This document shows, piece after piece, positions 10,268-23,779 of a DNA stretch of 64,000 nucleotides. Under the pieces are notes generated by a model, which was given only the letters and a program-made list of their open reading frames with translations, ran no database searches and was not told the origin of the DNA. The position numbers were made by a program, and so were the translations under genes. The DNA is taken from contig JAUCBJ010008209.1 in assembly GCA_032718475.1 (NCBI GenBank), forward strand, positions 1 through 64,000, given 5' to 3'. Source of the stretch: Nemertoderma westbladi (Eukaryota; Animalia; Xenacoelomorpha). Every line of letters starts with the position of its first letter. Within the stretch, counting starts at the first letter, position 1.

Positions 10268-12068
10268 TAAAAGCATAAATTCCTAACACCTACAATAAAT
10301 GGAGTGGTTACTACAACATGTCTCTCTACAATTGCCATCTACAGTATCTCTTGAACATAATATCTTACCTTAGTCCTTACCTGATAATAATTGTAACTTG
10401 TTCCTTTCTTGAAGAATAATTGTAACTTGTTCCTTTCTTGAAGAATCAGAAGTTTCATCCGCCAATACTGTAAAAAATACTGCTGCCTTAATGCGTTCCA
10501 CAATCTTTCCTTGAAGCTGTTCCTTTATCACCTCTATTAGTTAGTTCTGAGTTGTTTTTGAAATAAAGTGGTGTTGTTAGCTGCAGAATCTGCCAAATTG
10601 CGAAGTTCCTTGTCTCCAGCATCTATTCTAAATCGAAGTAGACCCCGAAATATTCCTTCTCCAGGTACATGAATCAGTTCATCGGTAACTTGAAGGCGTC
10701 CGTCATCCCTATGACCACGTTATGGTAGATTATTTCTCCCACAGAATATAATGGTTCTTATTATTGGTCTCAACATATTTCTGTTCTTTAATATTTGCTC
10801 CTTTTGTTGGAGGCTTAGCTGGTTGCTCACACTTGCAGTTGTGTCTTCTCTGGTTCTTCTAAAGCCGTCAAGCATAGACATTGAAGTTTGGTGATAGTTG
10901 GTGATTCCATGAGCAGTGCATGTTTCATTGGCCTTTTTGACCTTTACGAGTGGATCTTTTACTAGAACCCCCAATTTTTGACCTCCAACCCTGCTCCAGC
11001 AAAGAGTAAACAGGATACACAAAAACCACCTTCAAGAGTTGGGCTGTACCTTAACCAAGGATATGTAGCCAACCAACTACTCTGAAATCTACGTTTTTTA
11101 GTCCCTTCCTGTTTATACGGAAAATTAAAATTTGGAGGTGGAGTCCATGGATCGTCGATCAGTCTAAGTTTCTCAATATCGCTTAGATTACGCCCCTTCC
11201 CATTTCCCACAGCAAGAGCTATATCATTGCCTAGTGGCAATTCCCGTTCATCACAAATGGATTGCTGGCTGAGCCAAAGGCTCAGGCTCTGGTTGTTGAG
11301 TAGGCTCTTCTTCAATATTTGAATCTGTATCAATTCGCTGTCTACTAGCTGGCATAAAGAAATCTGTTATCGATTTCCTCTTAGACATATTTGTCTTAAT
11401 ACTAAATACAGTACTACAATTTTTAATATTTCTGGCTTGGCTTGATAATGAAATATAATGACATGTAACAATGAAATATAACAACATGAAGACTGACAAG
11501 GTAATATCAGAATGTTACATACTGACATACAGACATATATCCTCCAGTGACTTTTATACCAGCTGTCCAATCAGACAACATGTTGGCCAGAGTCCTGGCT
11601 ACCTTATCTTTATATTACATTACAGTAGGCCTACATACCTATATTTCATTGGTATATTGAACTCTGTATGGCTCACCCTCAGATGAAACCATAACCAAGG
11701 CCTTTCCCAGCTGTAGTACTCTACATGGCACACAATGGTAGTGGAGAAAGTGGGAGCCCTCCTGCTGTGTTGCAATTCAATATTTATCGACTACTACTAG
11801 TGCCATTAGCGGTAAGGCTGGCTTTCTAAGAACGTGATGATATGAAGCCTTATCATGGGAGGAGAAATAGGGCTGGGGCAATATTGGTAATAAGGCAGGT
11901 GGGTATACTAATACTATGGGTACCACCTCACCTACCCGTCTTACTTTCTTATTTTTCTTTGGACAAGCATGGGCTGGGATAATATGAATTCTATCTGGTC
12001 TGGCTGCTAATGTTGCTTCAACAAAGTTTGCCTTGTGGCTTGCCTGAGGAGACAATATCATTAAAGTA

Positions 12069-12999
12069 CTACTACTAGGATCGGCATGCTGCATTGCAGC
12101 TGCATTTTTAAGAATGCTGTGCCGGCTTATCGACAAAATTGCACCGCCACAACTCCCTATCACCCATGACATTTGCTAGATCATCCGCATCTTCAAGGCC
12201 AGTGTCCTTTAAGATGCGTCTCAAGAAAGTCATGAGCTGTCCACCATGCTTATTCACTCCATGAGGCTGCCAAAGTACAAGTTTATGCACTGGCTGGTCC
12301 TCACGGCGAAAGCAATGTCCTGCAAAGCGGAGGCGATTTTGGTCTAGTGTCAAGCTTGGGGGAACCAATGAGACACCTCCAATGTTATATAGTGTCTGGT
12401 TGGAGATGTGTGCATTGTACTTGACACAATGAACCCGGCGTAGCATTCTTGTGAATGTGCCATCCAGAGATTTGGTGTCCTCAGCAGTTAGAGCCCAGCA
12501 TGGACTCCCATAGAGGAGTACTGGAACTATTGCTGCTCTAAATAATCGGACCTTAAGTTTCCGATTAATTCTCGGTGACTTCCAAATCCTGGAAAGCCTA
12601 TTCAAGGCTGCCCATGCCTTTCCCTTACGTATTTGAATGTCCTCACCTGACTTCCGGATCTATGATCCCAGGTAACAGAAGTCATCCACATGCTCAAGCA
12701 TACCATCTTTTGAGCTTATGCTCATCCGATCAGAGACTTGCTGAGGACTTTCAAAGTTAACTTAATAAAAAGACCAACACTAGAAGCAGCATGTTCTAAT
12801 GAGCTGAGGAGCTGTTGGGCTCCCTCTAGTGATTCTGAGAGTACTCCTAAGTCATCAGCAAAGTCTAGATCAGTTAGGTACTTGGCAGGATTTCCTCGAC
12901 TTCTGGAGCCATTAGGTGGAGTTATCATCACCCCATCATCATTATGATGATCTAAGGACATGCGTAGAACATAGTCAACAACAATTATGAACAAGAATG
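12069..12999 (-). mobile_element. 5'-truncated RTE-like LINE with 12-bp TSD
   Basis: RT motifs LTDLDFADDL, VLLYGS, LRFAGHC, DRELWR; (TAG)n tail; TSD ATCATTAAAGTA at 12057-12068 and 13000-13011; frameshifted. Confidence 0.92.
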
Positions 13000-13099
13000 A
13001 TCATTAAAGTAGATATACAATAAAATGTAAAATGTGTAAAAATGTCATAGAAATGGGATCTTTGGGAGGGGGGTCACATGTTTTTAATTGGTTTTCTTA

Positions 13100-13405
13100 T
13101 TTGAAGTTTGAAGTTTCGTTTGAAGGTGGCTATTTTAATAATGTAGTACGAAAATTTGTTGGTTTTACTAGGTATGATAGTGCTAGTGAAATGCTTGTAA
13201 ACTTAAACATCAGATCAATTGTGCATAAACATAGGTTATCCTTACATTCACTATTTTACCTTGAGGCGTCTTTCAGTAATACATTAGTAACTGCAATATT
13301 AAATTATGGCAGTCTTACGCTAATCGATAATATCCGTAAAGTGCATTTAATTCATTATTTTGTGTATACCTATATGGGCCCAAAAGCCTAAATTAAAGAT
13401 TAATT
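13100..13405 (+). mobile_element. LINE RT C-terminal relic
   Basis: YFNNVVRKFVGFTRYDSASEMLVNLNI...SNTLVTAI resembles LINE ORF2 C-termini. Confidence 0.5.
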
Positions 13406-14199
13406 AATATACATTATTCACCTTTATCTGCTATCTTAGATCATGGTAATTATCATTCTAATCCAGGTACCAGAGTTATTGTACCAGATTACGATAGATC
13501 TAATTGCCTTTGTGGTGTGACATCATTCTTTCATGGTACTGACTAGTCCAAGCTAAGTACAGCCGATCATCTCAATATTGCTTAGGGGGTTTTAAAAGGA
13601 GAGTATGAAACAGCACATAGGCAAGTTGTACACGGTGTTTTGCAATTGCTGTATTGGTTTGGCTTGGTTTGGCTACTTCTAGCACCAATCATGAGATTCC
13701 TAAGCCAAATTGACTCCAGAAATATATGTACCGTTGGCTCTGTACAGATGTGATCACTACAGCGATATTTTGTATTATGATATCTAGGTCAACATACTGA
13801 TGTACTGATACATTAGGAGGCCACTTGTGCATGCCCATTAAGACTAATTAAATTCTGATAGAGGCGTGAATAAATTTCTGATACATGAGAGAATTTAATT
13901 CAAAATGTCTCATTAATTCTGATACTTGTGTATATAAGAAATAAATTCTGTGAGGCAATAAAATCAAAGAAATAAAATCAAAAAATAAAAGTACTATTTA
14001 TTTCTAATACCTATGAGAATTTAATTATATCAAATAAATATACCAAATGTATGTATGCCATAATACACATCTACATTTATTTTGTCCCAAGTGGCCCTTG
14101 TATTTTACAACCTTACTTACAGTATATCATTATTATTATGTAGTATTTGTTGATTGTTGTGCTATTATACTCTAGTAATGATTGTTTTATGGACGCCTG

Positions 14200-15212
14200 T
14201 CAAGCGTTTTATAGACGCACCCAAGGGAGTGGTGATTGTTTCTCCTGGGCCTCTTTCAATAGTGTCGCTAGGGCATCAGCACCTGCAATTTTTGCCCCTT
14301 TGGGTATTTTGGCAATTACCCGAAACGATTGCTTCACCTTGGAAGATCATTTATGATCTTTGATCATTTAAGATACCCTGGAAGATCATTTATGAGGGTA
14401 GCTGTATATTTGGAGTGTTAGGTTGCTCTTGGGTCCTTTGCAGCTATCCAAACAAGTTCCACAGAACCAATTAACCAGATTGGCTGCATCACTTCTCTGG
14501 AGGCTGACACAAGAGAGATGGTGCCAGGTATTGCACTGAGTGCATGTTCCCAAGAGTTTTCGCTGATTGATTTCATTACAGGTGGCACATCTGTCTTGAT
14601 CTGGAGCAGCATGAACCCTGAACCTTACCTTCAACAGTGGCCTGCATTTTCTTGGGCACATCATCACTGATGCCACTTTGCAATGAGGATATTCCTTCCA
14701 GAATGCCAGCTGAAATGACTGTGGGGGGCTGGTATTGTATTCCAGGATTAAATTATGTTTTTGAGTGGACCATGAACACGAAAGGCTCGAGTCTTCTTGT
14801 GTATGGCACATATCTCATTGCAGATGGTGCATTTAAGGTGGGATCTCTGTTCATCGGCACTGAGTGATGGGTCATAAGGACTCCGTGGAATGATTCCGGA
14901 TGGAGGAACTGGACTATCTGACTCCGATCCCTCAACTGATGGTTGGACAACAGGGCGAGGAGACCTACCTGGGTGGGATAGATTTTTATCCTCGAATGAA
15001 GGAAATTCTCGAAACCAGTTATCATCAGGCGTACTTACATCCATGGTCGCTTTGACAAGTTAGGGTGGCACATCAAGAGTGTGTCAATTTGTCCAGGTTC
15101 AGTAAGGTTCTATGAGGAACCATTTGATTCATTACTAGATCTAGGAGCTCAAGGTGGAATTTTGCAATAACAGTATAATCAATGTCATTAATGGATCCAC
15201 CATTAAGACAAG
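14200..15212 (-). mobile_element. Relic of a CRE/NeSL-like non-LTR retrotransposon (zinc finger, PHD, pre-RT motif)
   Basis: Inverted homologue of 37015-37616; PHD CATC...CTQCNTWHHLSC...WFCGTC; downstream RVIAKIPKGAKIAGADALATLLKEAQEKQSPLPWVRL. Confidence 0.65.
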
Positions 15213-16589
15213 AGTGGACGAATTTACATTCAGCTCCATATATTCCATTGTTAGACTATCCAATTACTCCCCAGGAAACTGAACAGGCTATCAACTCCTT
15301 ATAATCGAATAAAAGTTAACTGGAATTACTCCAATCCCATTGAAATGTTTATCAATTAATTTGATTTTATACATAACGTCTGTCCTAAATTGTGTTTTAT
15401 AATTTGCCCATACATGTACACATACAGTGGGCAGGCATAGGGCCTATAGTATGCTACAATACTGCAAGTTGTGATAATTACAGAGATATTTCTTTGTCTG
15501 ATTCGTTGGTGAAAATATAAAAGTATATTACAGACAGTCGATTGTGCAGATGGGTGCAGCCTATAGTAGTGCTCAAGCTGGTGGGCTTACAATCTATGAG
15601 AAGTACCATGGTCTCATTCAGTTGTTCTTTTAATAAAATGAAAAACATGACTCCAGAATCGAAGGAGTGTGCTTGGCAGGCCATGCTGAATCGATTTAAC
15701 ACTTCGGAGTGGAGGTTTCTTGATCAAAGGACAAACTAATTAAAAAGATAGAAAATACAAAGCAAAGTTGTTCACACTGGTAGGGTGTTTCACTTCCCAT
15801 AGGCGAAAAAAAAAATAGTTGGAATTTTTGATCTGCTCAAGGCTAATTGGGTTCATCACACCAAGTTAAGCAAAAAATAACATTACAACAACATCTCAAA
15901 ATGAATTCTTCAGATAGAGCAAGTGACCTCAACATGAAGTGTTGAGCGATCTGGGTTCCGCTTCAGCGTTACTGGCTTCCACTTCAGCGATGTGTCTGAT
16001 TTTCGATAGAGCAGTTCTTGGAGTACTATCATGTCCTTTTTTGATAATTTAAAATCGAAATGGCTACATAGTTGGAGTGGAAACATACATCAGGAGCTGA
16101 ACTATTCACTATTATTGATGATAAGTTTAATTTTTCATAAAGATCGAATATATACTTCAGGTACTTTGACCACTTTTGGTTTCTGTAACATACTTCTTTA
16201 CTAACCTGCCTACAAGCAGGTATAGGCATAGAATAACTAGATTTCATATTTCGTATTTCAGTTTCTATTGTGCATTTTTTAGATTTCAATACTAACTACA
16301 GTATATATTTCGTATTTCACTTTCTATTCTGTATTTTTAGATTTCAATACTAACTATAGTATATATTTCATATTTCAGTTTCTTTGTTGTTTAGTAGTTC
16401 ATAACATGAACCACTAACAGACTATGTTTCCACTGTTTCATTGTTATTTTGTAAATTAGCCTAATAAAATAATATTTGGTACCGATACACTTAAATTAAA
16501 GTTGAATTAATTAGTGAAAATGACAAGTCCATATTTACGCTCTGTTGTAATCGAATGGTTACTTGGTCCTGTACTGATTTTGATCCATC

Positions 16590-17850
16590 AATAACAGCGC
16601 AACTTCCTACTAATGCTGATGTACTGAAATCGATACTATATTTGAGAGAAAGAGAAGGTCCAGGTGCGAAAGTAAAAGGAAGTCTGACCAAAGGCATATC
16701 AACTACTGCTTAAAATACGATTGTTGTGTGGAATAATGCCAAAATTCCTGTACAGGAACACAGGAATGTTGTTAGAGTGTTAACCAAGCTATTTGATGAG
16801 TACAACAAACTGAAGACCAAAGTAACTAGACGTAAGTCTATCACCACAAGTTTACAGCTTGGCAGATAGCCGATCAGTAAGTATCTATGATTTCAAATCA
16901 GCTTCCCATTCTACAGTATATAGACACAGGCTGAGAAGTCGCATAGAAACTGCTGCTTGGATTGTAGAAACATTTAAAGATTGGTGTCCAGATCCATGCA
17001 TTGTTCATTGGGATGGAAAACTTCTCCCCAACCTTGGTAAAGGGTCCACTGGAAAAACTGATAGAATACCTGTTATTATAACAGGGGTTTCTGTCGATAA
17101 TGATAATATACCTCAGTTGTTTTCAGAAATGATATCAGCACCAAAAGTATGTAGTGGAACTGGGTCAGCAATGCCAGAAGTAACACTTGCTGCACTGAAC
17201 GAACGAGACATTGCTGACAAGGTACAAGGAATGTGTTTTGACACGACTGCTTCAAACACAGGGCTGATTAAAGGATCATGTGTCATCCTTGAACAGAATA
17301 TGAATAGAGAACTTATTTATTCTAGAGAAGTTATTCTAGGTGATATCAGCATGGATGTAAATTTCCTGCCAGCTCAGGCCCAGATATACTAATGTTCAAG
17401 CGATTTCAGTCAAACTGGGATCACATGATTCTCAATAATTATTCAACAATTCTCAATAATTATTCAACAATTCTCAATAATTATTCAACAATTCTCAATA
17501 ATTATTCAACAATTCTCAATGATGAAAATGTGACTGTTGATAAAAAGTTTATCACAGAAGCAGTCAGTACCTTTCTTACAACCAATGCTTCATATGAAGC
17601 AACCAAGAAATGATTACAGGATTCTTTTGGAACTTTATTTAACTGTACTTGGTGGTGAGGTCCCAAGGAGTAGTAATCAAGCACAATTCACACAGCCTGG
17701 TTCTGTCAGTGATGCCTGATGGATGGCAAAGGCCAATTACTGCTTGATGATGTATTTGTTTCTTAAAGAAAGTAAGCTGATTACTATAAAGGAGGAAGCT
17801 TCAATTAGGAGTTGTTCAATGTTTGTGGTTTTTGTTTACACACATTTCTT
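16590..17850 (+). pseudogene. hATm-like transposase relic
   Basis: IVHWDGKLLP...DRIPV...MCFDTTASNTG..KGSCVILEQ; QPRNDY; MAKANYCL; many stops and deletions. Confidence 0.75.
17428..17520. repeat. 21-bp tandem repeat ATTCTCAATAATTATTCAACA, ~4.4 units
   Basis: Exact repeats. Confidence 0.95.
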
Positions 17851-18137
17851 CAATTTTGATTTGAAAATCTGGGGTGTTTTTGTCACGATTAGCATACAAG
17901 ATCGTTTAGGCAACAACAATTTCAACCATATCGGCCAATTACTGCTTGATGATGTATTTGTTTCTTAAAGAAAGTAAGCTGATTACTATAAAGGAGGAAG
18001 CTTCAATTAGGAGTTGTTCAATGTTTGTGGTTTTTGTTTACACACATTTCTTCAATTTTGATTTGAAAATCTGGGGTGTTTTTGTCTCGATTAGCATACA
18101 AGATCGTTTAGGCAACAACAATTTCAACCATATCGGC
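17731..18137. repeat. 202-bp tandem duplication
   Basis: 17731-17932 repeated at 17933-18134, near identical. Confidence 0.95.
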
Positions 18138-18798
18138 TGTAAATATACTTGTCCAAAAAGCAAATGGTGTACCATGGCCAGCATCAATAATTTGAGAAGT
18201 GGCATCTAATAATTTGTTTGGATCAATTTAAAGTTTCAATTTACTGTATAAACGAGTATTATTTTTCCAAGTTGGAAGTGCAGCTGATTATAATGACTTT
18301 AGTTGATGTATTTTTTTTTGTACCTTTCTTTCTATAATTATTTGCAACAGCTGTAATTCTAGTTGACTGGTCCTCCTTGGTGGCAACTAATTGTTGAGAA
18401 GAACGTCATTTAGGCTGAGAATATTTAGGTTTATTACCAGTTGTAAAATAAACAGTCTAGTGCTTTTGAGTCGCATTTTGCTTAGCATTCTCAGAAATCG
18501 TTGATGAGTATGAAGTATGAACCATCTACTTTTCCCTAAAATTTAATGTCAAACAAAGACGTATAAATAGCTATAGTTTATTTATTTATGTGTGTATATT
18601 ATTTAAAATTTTAAACCGCTATTTATTTTTGGGACATATGTATAGGCCTAGTAAATAGATTTATAAATATAGTTTAGTAAATATAGGCCTTTATTGTTAC
18701 TGCCACCGGCTATTTTGCCAGTTTATGTCTAGCTAGATCTTATTGACTCTATAGTACATCACTAAATAAAGATCACCAAATTAAGGTTGGTGCTAGGC

Positions 18799-19512
18799 CC
18801 GTATGCTAAGTGACTTTTTTGTGCGCCGAACGCGACGCGGCGCAGAAAAAAATGTGCGCCTGCGCAGTCGAAAACAGTGCAAAATCCGCGTGCGCAGCAG
18901 AAAAACTGCGCGAGATTGGCGCGCGCAGCAGAAATTCTGCGCGAGATTGGCGCGCACAGCAGAAATACTGCGCGAAATCTCCTACCTCTGTAGTACCGGT
19001 ACTGTACCGTACCACCTACCCGCCTGCCTACTCTACTGGCCTAAGCAAGCCCTAAGCACACCAAGTAGGACGCTTTATTATATTATTGACATTACAGCAT
19101 TGACATTACACATTGGCGTGCACAGCAGAAATACTGCGCGAAATCTCCTACCACGTACCTGCCTGCCTACTGCTGTACTGGCCTAAAGCACACCAAGTAG
19201 CAAGTAGGAGGCTTATTATTTCAGTATTTCTTACAGTCTTATCTGTATTGTCATTACCCTGTTACCGGTAGTCGGCAGACTGCCAGGCAGCCAGGGGTAG
19301 GTCTACTTACCGGTACTGACTTAGTGCTGTAGTGCAAGTCTGAGCCGTGCTATCAATTTTCTGCGCCTGCGCCTGTCGCGCCGTGCTCTAAATTTTCTCT
19401 GCCTGTCTGCGCGGCGCTGCGCTGCGCTCTCAATTTTCTGCGCCTGCTCCAAATTCTGGAAAAAATTGTGCGCCGAACACGTTCGGCGTACATGCCCTAC
19501 TTAGCAGAATGG
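18799..19512. mobile_element. GC/CpG-rich non-autonomous DNA transposon
   Basis: Direct repeat GGTGCTAGGC at 18789-18798 and 19512-19521 (TSD 7-10 bp); imperfect TIRs CCGTATGCTAAGT / ACTTAGCAGAATGG; internal CAGCAGAAA..CTGCGCGA repeats. Confidence 0.8.
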
Positions 19513-21286
19513 GTGCTAGGCAACAACACTAACACTACCCATATCAATACATTAAGTAGGCCTAGGCCATGATTCAGATTGATGAAATCTGTGACCAGTA
19601 CAGTGTTGATCAGTACAGACCAGTGTTGCTTTCCCTACAGTGCTTTATTATTTGTAGTATCACTAAACTAAAATACAAAAAGCGGTGATAAGGTAGGAAT
19701 ATTCATATGTTATACAAACCTTAGACTTATCCACAAAGAATGACAATGCATTGTCATCATCACTGCTATACTGTATGTCGTTAATATATGAAGTAACAGG
19801 ATGTACCGGAGGTTCAATGCCTTCTTCGTAGCTTTCTTCATATTCTGCTTCAACACAGCCAGCTACATCACATGGATTGTTTAAATCCTGGATCTTAGAA
19901 GTAAACTCTTCATCAAATTCGGATGTTCTACTTCAAAAAGACAGATAGCTTCTCCCATGTGTATAAATGGTGAACTCTCTCGATATTTCGAACTATAAAA
20001 CCTCATAGCATTTATTGATGGTAAATCCATAATATTATAGGATAAGCGAGCTATACCTTATACTCCTTGCTCTCCTTGAAAGTCTATAATATCCCTCCTA
20101 CAATATCGTTTTGTCCAGAGTAGCCTAACAGACTGCTGTGGTACAATATATTACTACATAAACTGTAGTACAGGCAGTACCTACAGTCCTACTTCAGTGC
20201 TCATACTGTATGCTGTGTATGCTGTATCATACACAAGCACAGGCCAACTGAAACATAGCCCATTTCAAAAGAAGCAATGCATACACTACAGGCCTATCAC
20301 ATAAGTGCAAATTACATACCAGTACCGGTACTTATATTAGATACAAATATTTACTTCCAGTTTCAGTAGGTTGCAGCACGATACAGATGTCATCAATACA
20401 CAGTACAGGTAGGTTCGATTGCGTTGGTGAGTGAGTCAAGCTGAAAATAGTGTTTTCCCCCAGTTAGGCGTATAAAAACAGTGTATAGAAGCTAAAATAA
20501 AATGTGGTTGTGAAATAAGCCATCTGGTGACACTGAATGTGAGCAATGAGGGGTAATTTGTTGACAGGATGATATAGTCAGAAAGAGCAACACCAGGATG
20601 AGAGTGACATCATCCACTGGGGATGGGATGATGGAAGAAGTAGCTTCCTAGAATGAGTAGGTTGGTGGAGTAATGGAGGAGATGAGAGGTGAGTTTAGTT
20701 TGGTCAGTTTGTCTGTTTGTCAGCTGTTGGTCCTTCCAGCGACTGAGGAGGGCGATGTAAGAAGAAGGAAGAGGGGTTTGAGTAAACTTACTGTAGCGAT
20801 GGTTCAATGTAGAGGTAGACCACTTTATATTGGGTGCAAACAGCGCCATATCTGGGTCAACTGGACTTGGGAAACAAGAAACTGGTAAACAAGAAACTGG
20901 TACAACACTAATTTAGAGCCCGGAAGCATACAATCCTGCTATACTGAAGTTCTTTCTGGTAAGGTGTTGGCCCAATACAGTAACACTTTGCAAAAAAAGT
21001 ATTTTACCAATATTCCCAAATGGGACAAAACATTGCATTATAAGATTTTATTTGGCTATACATATTGCAGTCATCCTACATACATCCACAGTTCTGCAGT
21101 ATATCAATAAATTATACTATATTGCTTTACAGCATAAATATGTTCCCATATAGTGTTCCCAATTGGGACAATAGGGTCATTTTTGATAAAGCAGGACACA
21201 AATATATATTAGTTATGTAATTTGAAACGATTTTTTAGAGTAATACATCGAGTAAAAATTTTTTCCTAATTCTTGATATTTTAAGT

Positions 21287-23166
21287 AATTTTCATCTCTC
21301 ACCAGTGTTGCCAAATGGGAACATCAATTTTAAAGAGGATAATTTGACACAAGATGGTAAATTTTCTGAAATTTTTTTTTCAAATGATAATGTCATATCA
21401 TTTAAATATCTAATTTTAATGAGACCACTACTGGTTTGGCATATCAATTTTGTAGCATTTTTGACCACTCTTGTTTACATGTCCCGAAAATCGAAAAAAA
21501 TTAAAATTGTCATAATTTGGCATGCCAAAAGAGTAACTTATTAAACCTATTACCACTGGGGGGGGGGGGGGGGGGGTGGGGGGGCGAATCGGCCCTTTCC
21601 TAGTTTTTCGTTGCTGTAACTATGTAACCACAATTACGTACCGGCCTAATTTTTATTGAGAATTAGCCAAATTTAATGCCGCATCTTTTTCAAAAAACCA
21701 CGTTGCAATTGGATTTCAACTTTTCGATGTGGGTGCCACCTCAAAATTTGGTCTCCAGCACCAATTTTTTTGAAATTTTCGAATTTTACAAAGTCATTCG
21801 TGATTTAGTAATTATTTATGTTTGGGTTATTTTTATTTATTTTATTGGTTTGGATCACTCTAATGCTCTATACAAGTATGTAAGTGTTCATTTAAGTAAT
21901 CAATGTAAGTAATCATTTTTGGAGCACCAAAATTAGGGCGTGGCACTTTAAAATTTCAAAATTACTTTATTCTGAAAATTTACTAAAGTTTTGATTTGCG
22001 AAGCATTTTTATTGGTTTTCTGGAGCGCTGAATTGATTGGAAGTAATATAGAAGCCTGAAGACTTAGTGGTTCGCCATTTTTGGTGCACCAAAATTAGGG
22101 CGTGGCACTTCAAATTTTGCAAAATACGAGATTCGGAAAATACACTAAAGTTTTGATTTCAAAGCATTTTTATAGGTTTTCTGGAGCGCTGAATCGATTG
22201 AAAGTAATATAGAAGCCTCAAATCCTTGGTGTACGTACTTTTTCGGTGCACCAAAATTAGGGCGTGGCACTTCAAATTTTCAAAATTTCTTTATTCGGAA
22301 AAAAACACTAAAGTTTTGATTTCAAAACATGGCTAACCTCTAAGTCTTCAGACTTCTCTATATTACTTTCAATCGATTCAGCGGTCTAGAAAACAAATGC
22401 GTTAAAATTTCAATTTTGGTTTATTTTCCTAATCTCGTATTTTTCAAAATTTGAAGTGCCACGCCCTAATTTTGGTGCACCAAAAATGGCGAACCACTAA
22501 GTCTTCAGGCTTCTATATTACTTTCAATCAATTCAGCGGCCCAGAAAACCTATAAAGATGCGTTGAAATAAAAAATTAGGGGCATTTTATGAATATCTAA
22601 TTTTTCAAAATTTGAAGTGCCACGCCCACTTCTTAGGTGGACGAAAAATAACATCCACTTCAATTTTTGGAATGGAATATAATCACATTCGATTCAGCGT
22701 CTTGAAAAACCTACTAAATCTAGTCAACACTGCCACACTATTAGTTTTTAGAAAACGAAAAATTTTATAATTTTGTTCTGGGACTACTTTTATTTTTCAT
22801 CAAAATTATGAGTCCCTGCTTATGAAATTTTAACTTTTTAAGGTTTGGTAGTGTTCAGCTATAGTTGTTCCACCAACAGCCCAAATTTTGTAGGATTTCA
22901 TTGGACGATTACAAAAATATAGTGGGTGGGCCGAATAGTCCCCCCCCCCCCCCACCCCCCCACCCCCCCCCCCCCCCCCTAATGGTCAAAACACCCCAGT
23001 GGTAATAGGGTTAAAGTTTGAAAAAACGTGAAATTGAAAATAAAAAAGAATATTCCAATCTTCTTAAACATATTAACATTAAAAAAGCAATATAAGCCGA
23101 AATTAATATTCCTTTACTTGAATTAAAAAAAAATGCTCCCAATAGGGAACACTGGGAGATAGAAGG
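21287..23166. mobile_element. Older TTAA-type MITE hosting the 21545-23010 element
   Basis: Degenerate TIRs TCTCACCAGTGTTGCCAAATGGGA / TCCCAATAGGGAACACTGGGAGA; TTAA at 23167-23170. Confidence 0.5.
21545..23010. mobile_element. piggyBac-like non-autonomous element
   Basis: TTAA on both sides (21541, 23011); TIR CCTATTACCACTGGGG / CCCCAGTGGTAATAGGG; internal ~160-bp subunits in direct and inverted orientation. Confidence 0.85.
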
Positions 23167-23440
23167 TTAAAGCGATATGGCTTCCCAATTCATGGAGCAA
23201 TAGATGGCTTTTCGCGAAAGGTCATCTGGCTAAGTTTTGTAATAATGACCCAAAAATAGTAGCCCATGCATATTTTGATATGTTGGGTCTAGTAGCCCAT
23301 GCATATTTTGATATGTTGGGTCTATTGAACGCCCAACCATGCATTATTCGATTTGATGGGGGCACAGAAAATGTTAATATTCAATGTGTTCATGCTGAAC
23401 TTAGATCTGGATGCGGCGATGGGCATGCTCATAAGCACGC
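23167..23440 (+). pseudogene. Integrase-core (IS3/IS481-like DDE) transposase relic
   Basis: LKRYGFPIHGAIDGFSRKVIWL...NNDPKIVAHAYF...GTENVNI. Confidence 0.75.
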
Positions 23441-23779
23441 GCATTGAGTGGTTTTGGTGAGATTTACAATCGAATGTGGCTCAATGTCTTATTGACTCCT
23501 TTCAGGACATGATAATGGAAACGCTCCAGTAAATCAAGTAGTAAATAAAATAAGTATTATTAATAAGTATTGGATTAGTCATTCTTGTTTTTCTTATTAT
23601 ATTCGCAGTGGCTCAAATAAGTTGGTGCACAATGTCCCTTTATGGTAAACATAATGAGATAGAATCATCATAAGTAGAAATATAAGAATAAAATTATTCT
23701 AGTAGAATGTCGTCCATTAAAGCAGCTTCACAATGAACAACAGCAATGAAGAATGTCAGCTCTAATGTTAATGGTAAGA

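Larger units (their letters stand above)
7451..11388 (-). pseudogene. hAT transposase (ZMYM1/THAP12-like, TTF zinc finger + DUF4371 + hATC), disrupted, with two introns
   Basis: RRFQSSWLATYPWLRYS..GGFCVSC; GQGYDGASSMMG; IHCFNH; CPTRWVDRH; TLPVTNATAERSFSKLKLLKSYLRS. GT-AG introns ~10380-9469 (joins in frame IIIR/TVDK) and ~8556-7936 (junction phase unresolved). Stops, frameshifts and a 29-bp duplication near 10390. hAT-type terminus CAGTGGCGGATCTAG at 6694. Confidence 0.88.

Noticed and set aside
6694-11549. Complete hAT boundaries with TSD
   Set aside because: Right-hand candidate TIR matches only 11/15 and the 8-bp flanks differ.
16245-16380. ~59-bp tandem duplication (similar small ones at 23258-23323 and 41635-41718)
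   Set aside because: Ordinary local duplications in decayed DNA.
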